Source of the DNA: Octopus sinensis
Taxonomy: Eukaryota
Direction of reading: 5' to 3'
Assembly (NCBI RefSeq): GCF_006345805.1
Contig: NC_043011.1
Span: forward strand, 6,882,001-6,946,000
DNA: 64,000 bases
Shown one piece after another: positions 62,067-64,000 of this stretch (its first letter is position 1; the number at the start of each line of letters is the position of its first letter). Position numbers and translations under genes: made by a program. The notes below the pieces were generated by a model that was not told the origin of the DNA, did not search any database, and worked only from the letters and a program-made list of their open reading frames with translations.

Positions 62067-62624
62067 ACATGGCTATGTGGTAAGAGGTTTGTCTCCCAAC
62101 CACATGCTTCTGGGTTCAGTCCCATTGCATGGCACCTTGAGTGTATTATGCCATAGTGGTCAATTAAAGCCTTGTGAGTGGATTTGGTAGACAGAAACTG
62201 AAAGAAGTCTATTCTACATATATGTATTTGTATGTTACTGGCTCTTAACTTTGACATCACCTGATAGTTGTAAACAAGTGTCACCACCATGCAAGTGGTG
62301 TCCATTTCCAGTATTCTGTGAAAACATGTCTGGTCATTTGGGAAATATCACCATACATGGAAACAGGCATGGGTTGGGGACAGGAAGGGCATCCGATCAT
62401 AGAAAATCTACAACAAAATTCTTTAACCTATGTGAGCATGGAAAAGTGGACATTAAAATGTTTGTCTGTCTGTCTGTCACTATCTGTACCACTGTCTGTG
62501 TGACTGTGTGCGTATCTGTCTGTCCTTCTGTCTACCTCTCCGTCTATCTGCCTATCTACCTCTCCGTTTATCTGTCTGTCTACCTCTCTGTCTATCCATC
62601 TGCCTACCTCTCCATTTATCTATC

Positions 62625-63900
62625 TATCCAGTCAAGTTGCTCTGGGCTGGTTTGGTCCAGACCTCCAAACAGAGAACTGGGGCGAAATAACAAGTAGGGT
62701 GGCCACTCTCGCCCGGCAGTGGACTGAGACGAAGCTGTCCCTAAAAGGTCGGGCGGAGGTGGCGAATGCGTACATCACGTCCATCATCTACTGTCTTACT
62801 GTTGTGCCTTGACCCAACCCTACCATCACCAAACTGGAATGCAACCTCTTCTGCTTCTTGTTTGCTGCCAACATCCACTAAAAGGAGGGCTGGGCATGCC
62901 ATCGTTAATGATGCGCAGACATCTCCGGCTCTATATAGATGACGGTGAACAGGTGTGGTCACTGTGAGGTGTGCTTTCCTGCAGCTTGTCTCCATGACCG
63001 AACTGCAGTCGTGGATCAAGAAGAGGCCAAGGAAGGGGGAATGGCATCACAGGTGTTGCATTGCTCTCGAGCAACTCTGCCAACCTGGGTGGACCTTGAG
63101 CAACTGCATCACTATGAAAGCATTCTATAGGAGATTAGTGGAGGGGAGGTATGATGATGACCTCAGGGAGAATCTGGGTGTCAATGGGAAATATCTGACC
63201 CACCTGTTCAAGACAACTTTCAGGTCGGAACCTATGGAAACTTCCAGAGATCCTTGGCCTGGCAGTGCTATCGAGAAGTGCTACCTGATGAGGATAAGCT
63301 CTACAGGCATGGCTCCAGAAACACTAGGCTGACCTGCCCAAGATGTGGTCAGAGCGACAAAACCATTCTGCATGCATTCATGCAGTGTCCAACCATTTCC
63401 GACCTGTGGGCTTATGTCAAATAACTGCTGTCGCATGTGGGACGTGTCAGTATATCAACCGAGTCTATTGGGAATATTGTCATGCCTCCTTCCTTCAAAC
63501 GGGAAAGAAGAGCCATTTTCATCGTACTTGTGGCTATGGCAAAAGAATGTGTATGGTGGATGCATCTGAAAGGTCTAGAGACAAACACTTTCCTCTCTGG
63601 TCAATCTCTCATCAACTTCTTCAAGTATCACTTGAAAAGGAAGGTGAGAGTAGAGAGGGAAGTTTGTCTAGTGAATGTCGCAAGGATGGCAGGTGTGAAT
63701 GATGGAGCCACCTTGAGCATAATCCTATGAACCAGAAAAGGAAGGAAAAAGAAAATAACTTACTCTAATCTGTTTTCGTATTACACTGATGCACAAGGTT
63801 ACCGTAGTCTTTTCGTAGGTTTTTCTTTCCCTGGTCAAACCTCCCCACTTTTGGGAACTCTGCTTTTTACACTCGTTTCGAAATCGTTTGGCACTCACAA
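62625..63900 (+). mobile_element. Tx1/L1-clade LINE fragment, second copy
   Basis: LSLKGRAEVANAY; CPRCGQSDKTILHAFMQC; C-terminal ...GATLSIIL* as at 14154. Confidence 0.82.
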
Positions 63901-63911
63901 AAATTTGCATG

Positions 63912-63912
63912 C

Positions 63913-63950
<38 letters not shown>

Positions 63951-64000
63951 GTAGACAGAGAGAGAGATATGGAGGTAGACAGAGAGAGACAAAGATAGGC
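63912..64000. repeat. (GA)n-type microsatellite
   Basis: Direct inspection. Confidence 0.9.

Overview
This is a repeat-saturated, AT-rich eukaryotic window, most likely from an octopus genome. That is an inference from the SINE families, the RTE 3' UTR family and the microsatellite load. No host protein-coding gene could be recognised with confidence; almost every ORF in the track is a microsatellite translation or a fragment of a decayed transposon. Supported content: RTE, CR1 and Tx1/L1 LINE fragments; three Penelope-like element (PLE) remnants; a full-length, decayed mariner with TA target duplication; non-autonomous Helitrons; a hAT MITE; several GG...CC MITEs with 8-9 bp target duplications (Merlin-like) carrying telomere-like repeats; and dozens of tRNA-derived SINEs. 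The most interesting signal is RNA-level. A ~1.04 kb element at 16746-17781 is built from a ~357-nt unit in tandem and head-to-head inverted copies. It carries three minimal type I hammerhead ribozymes with a compensated U3-A8 core and no ORF, which fits a retrozyme-like or PLE pseudo-LTR array that could release a 357-nt (possibly circular) RNA. Two further, unrelated hammerhead-like families with non-canonical cores occur at 1410-1445 (paralogue at 18065-18100) and 25083-25129. Ribozyme activity, circularisation and novelty are untested inferences. Coordinates of decayed repeats are approximate.
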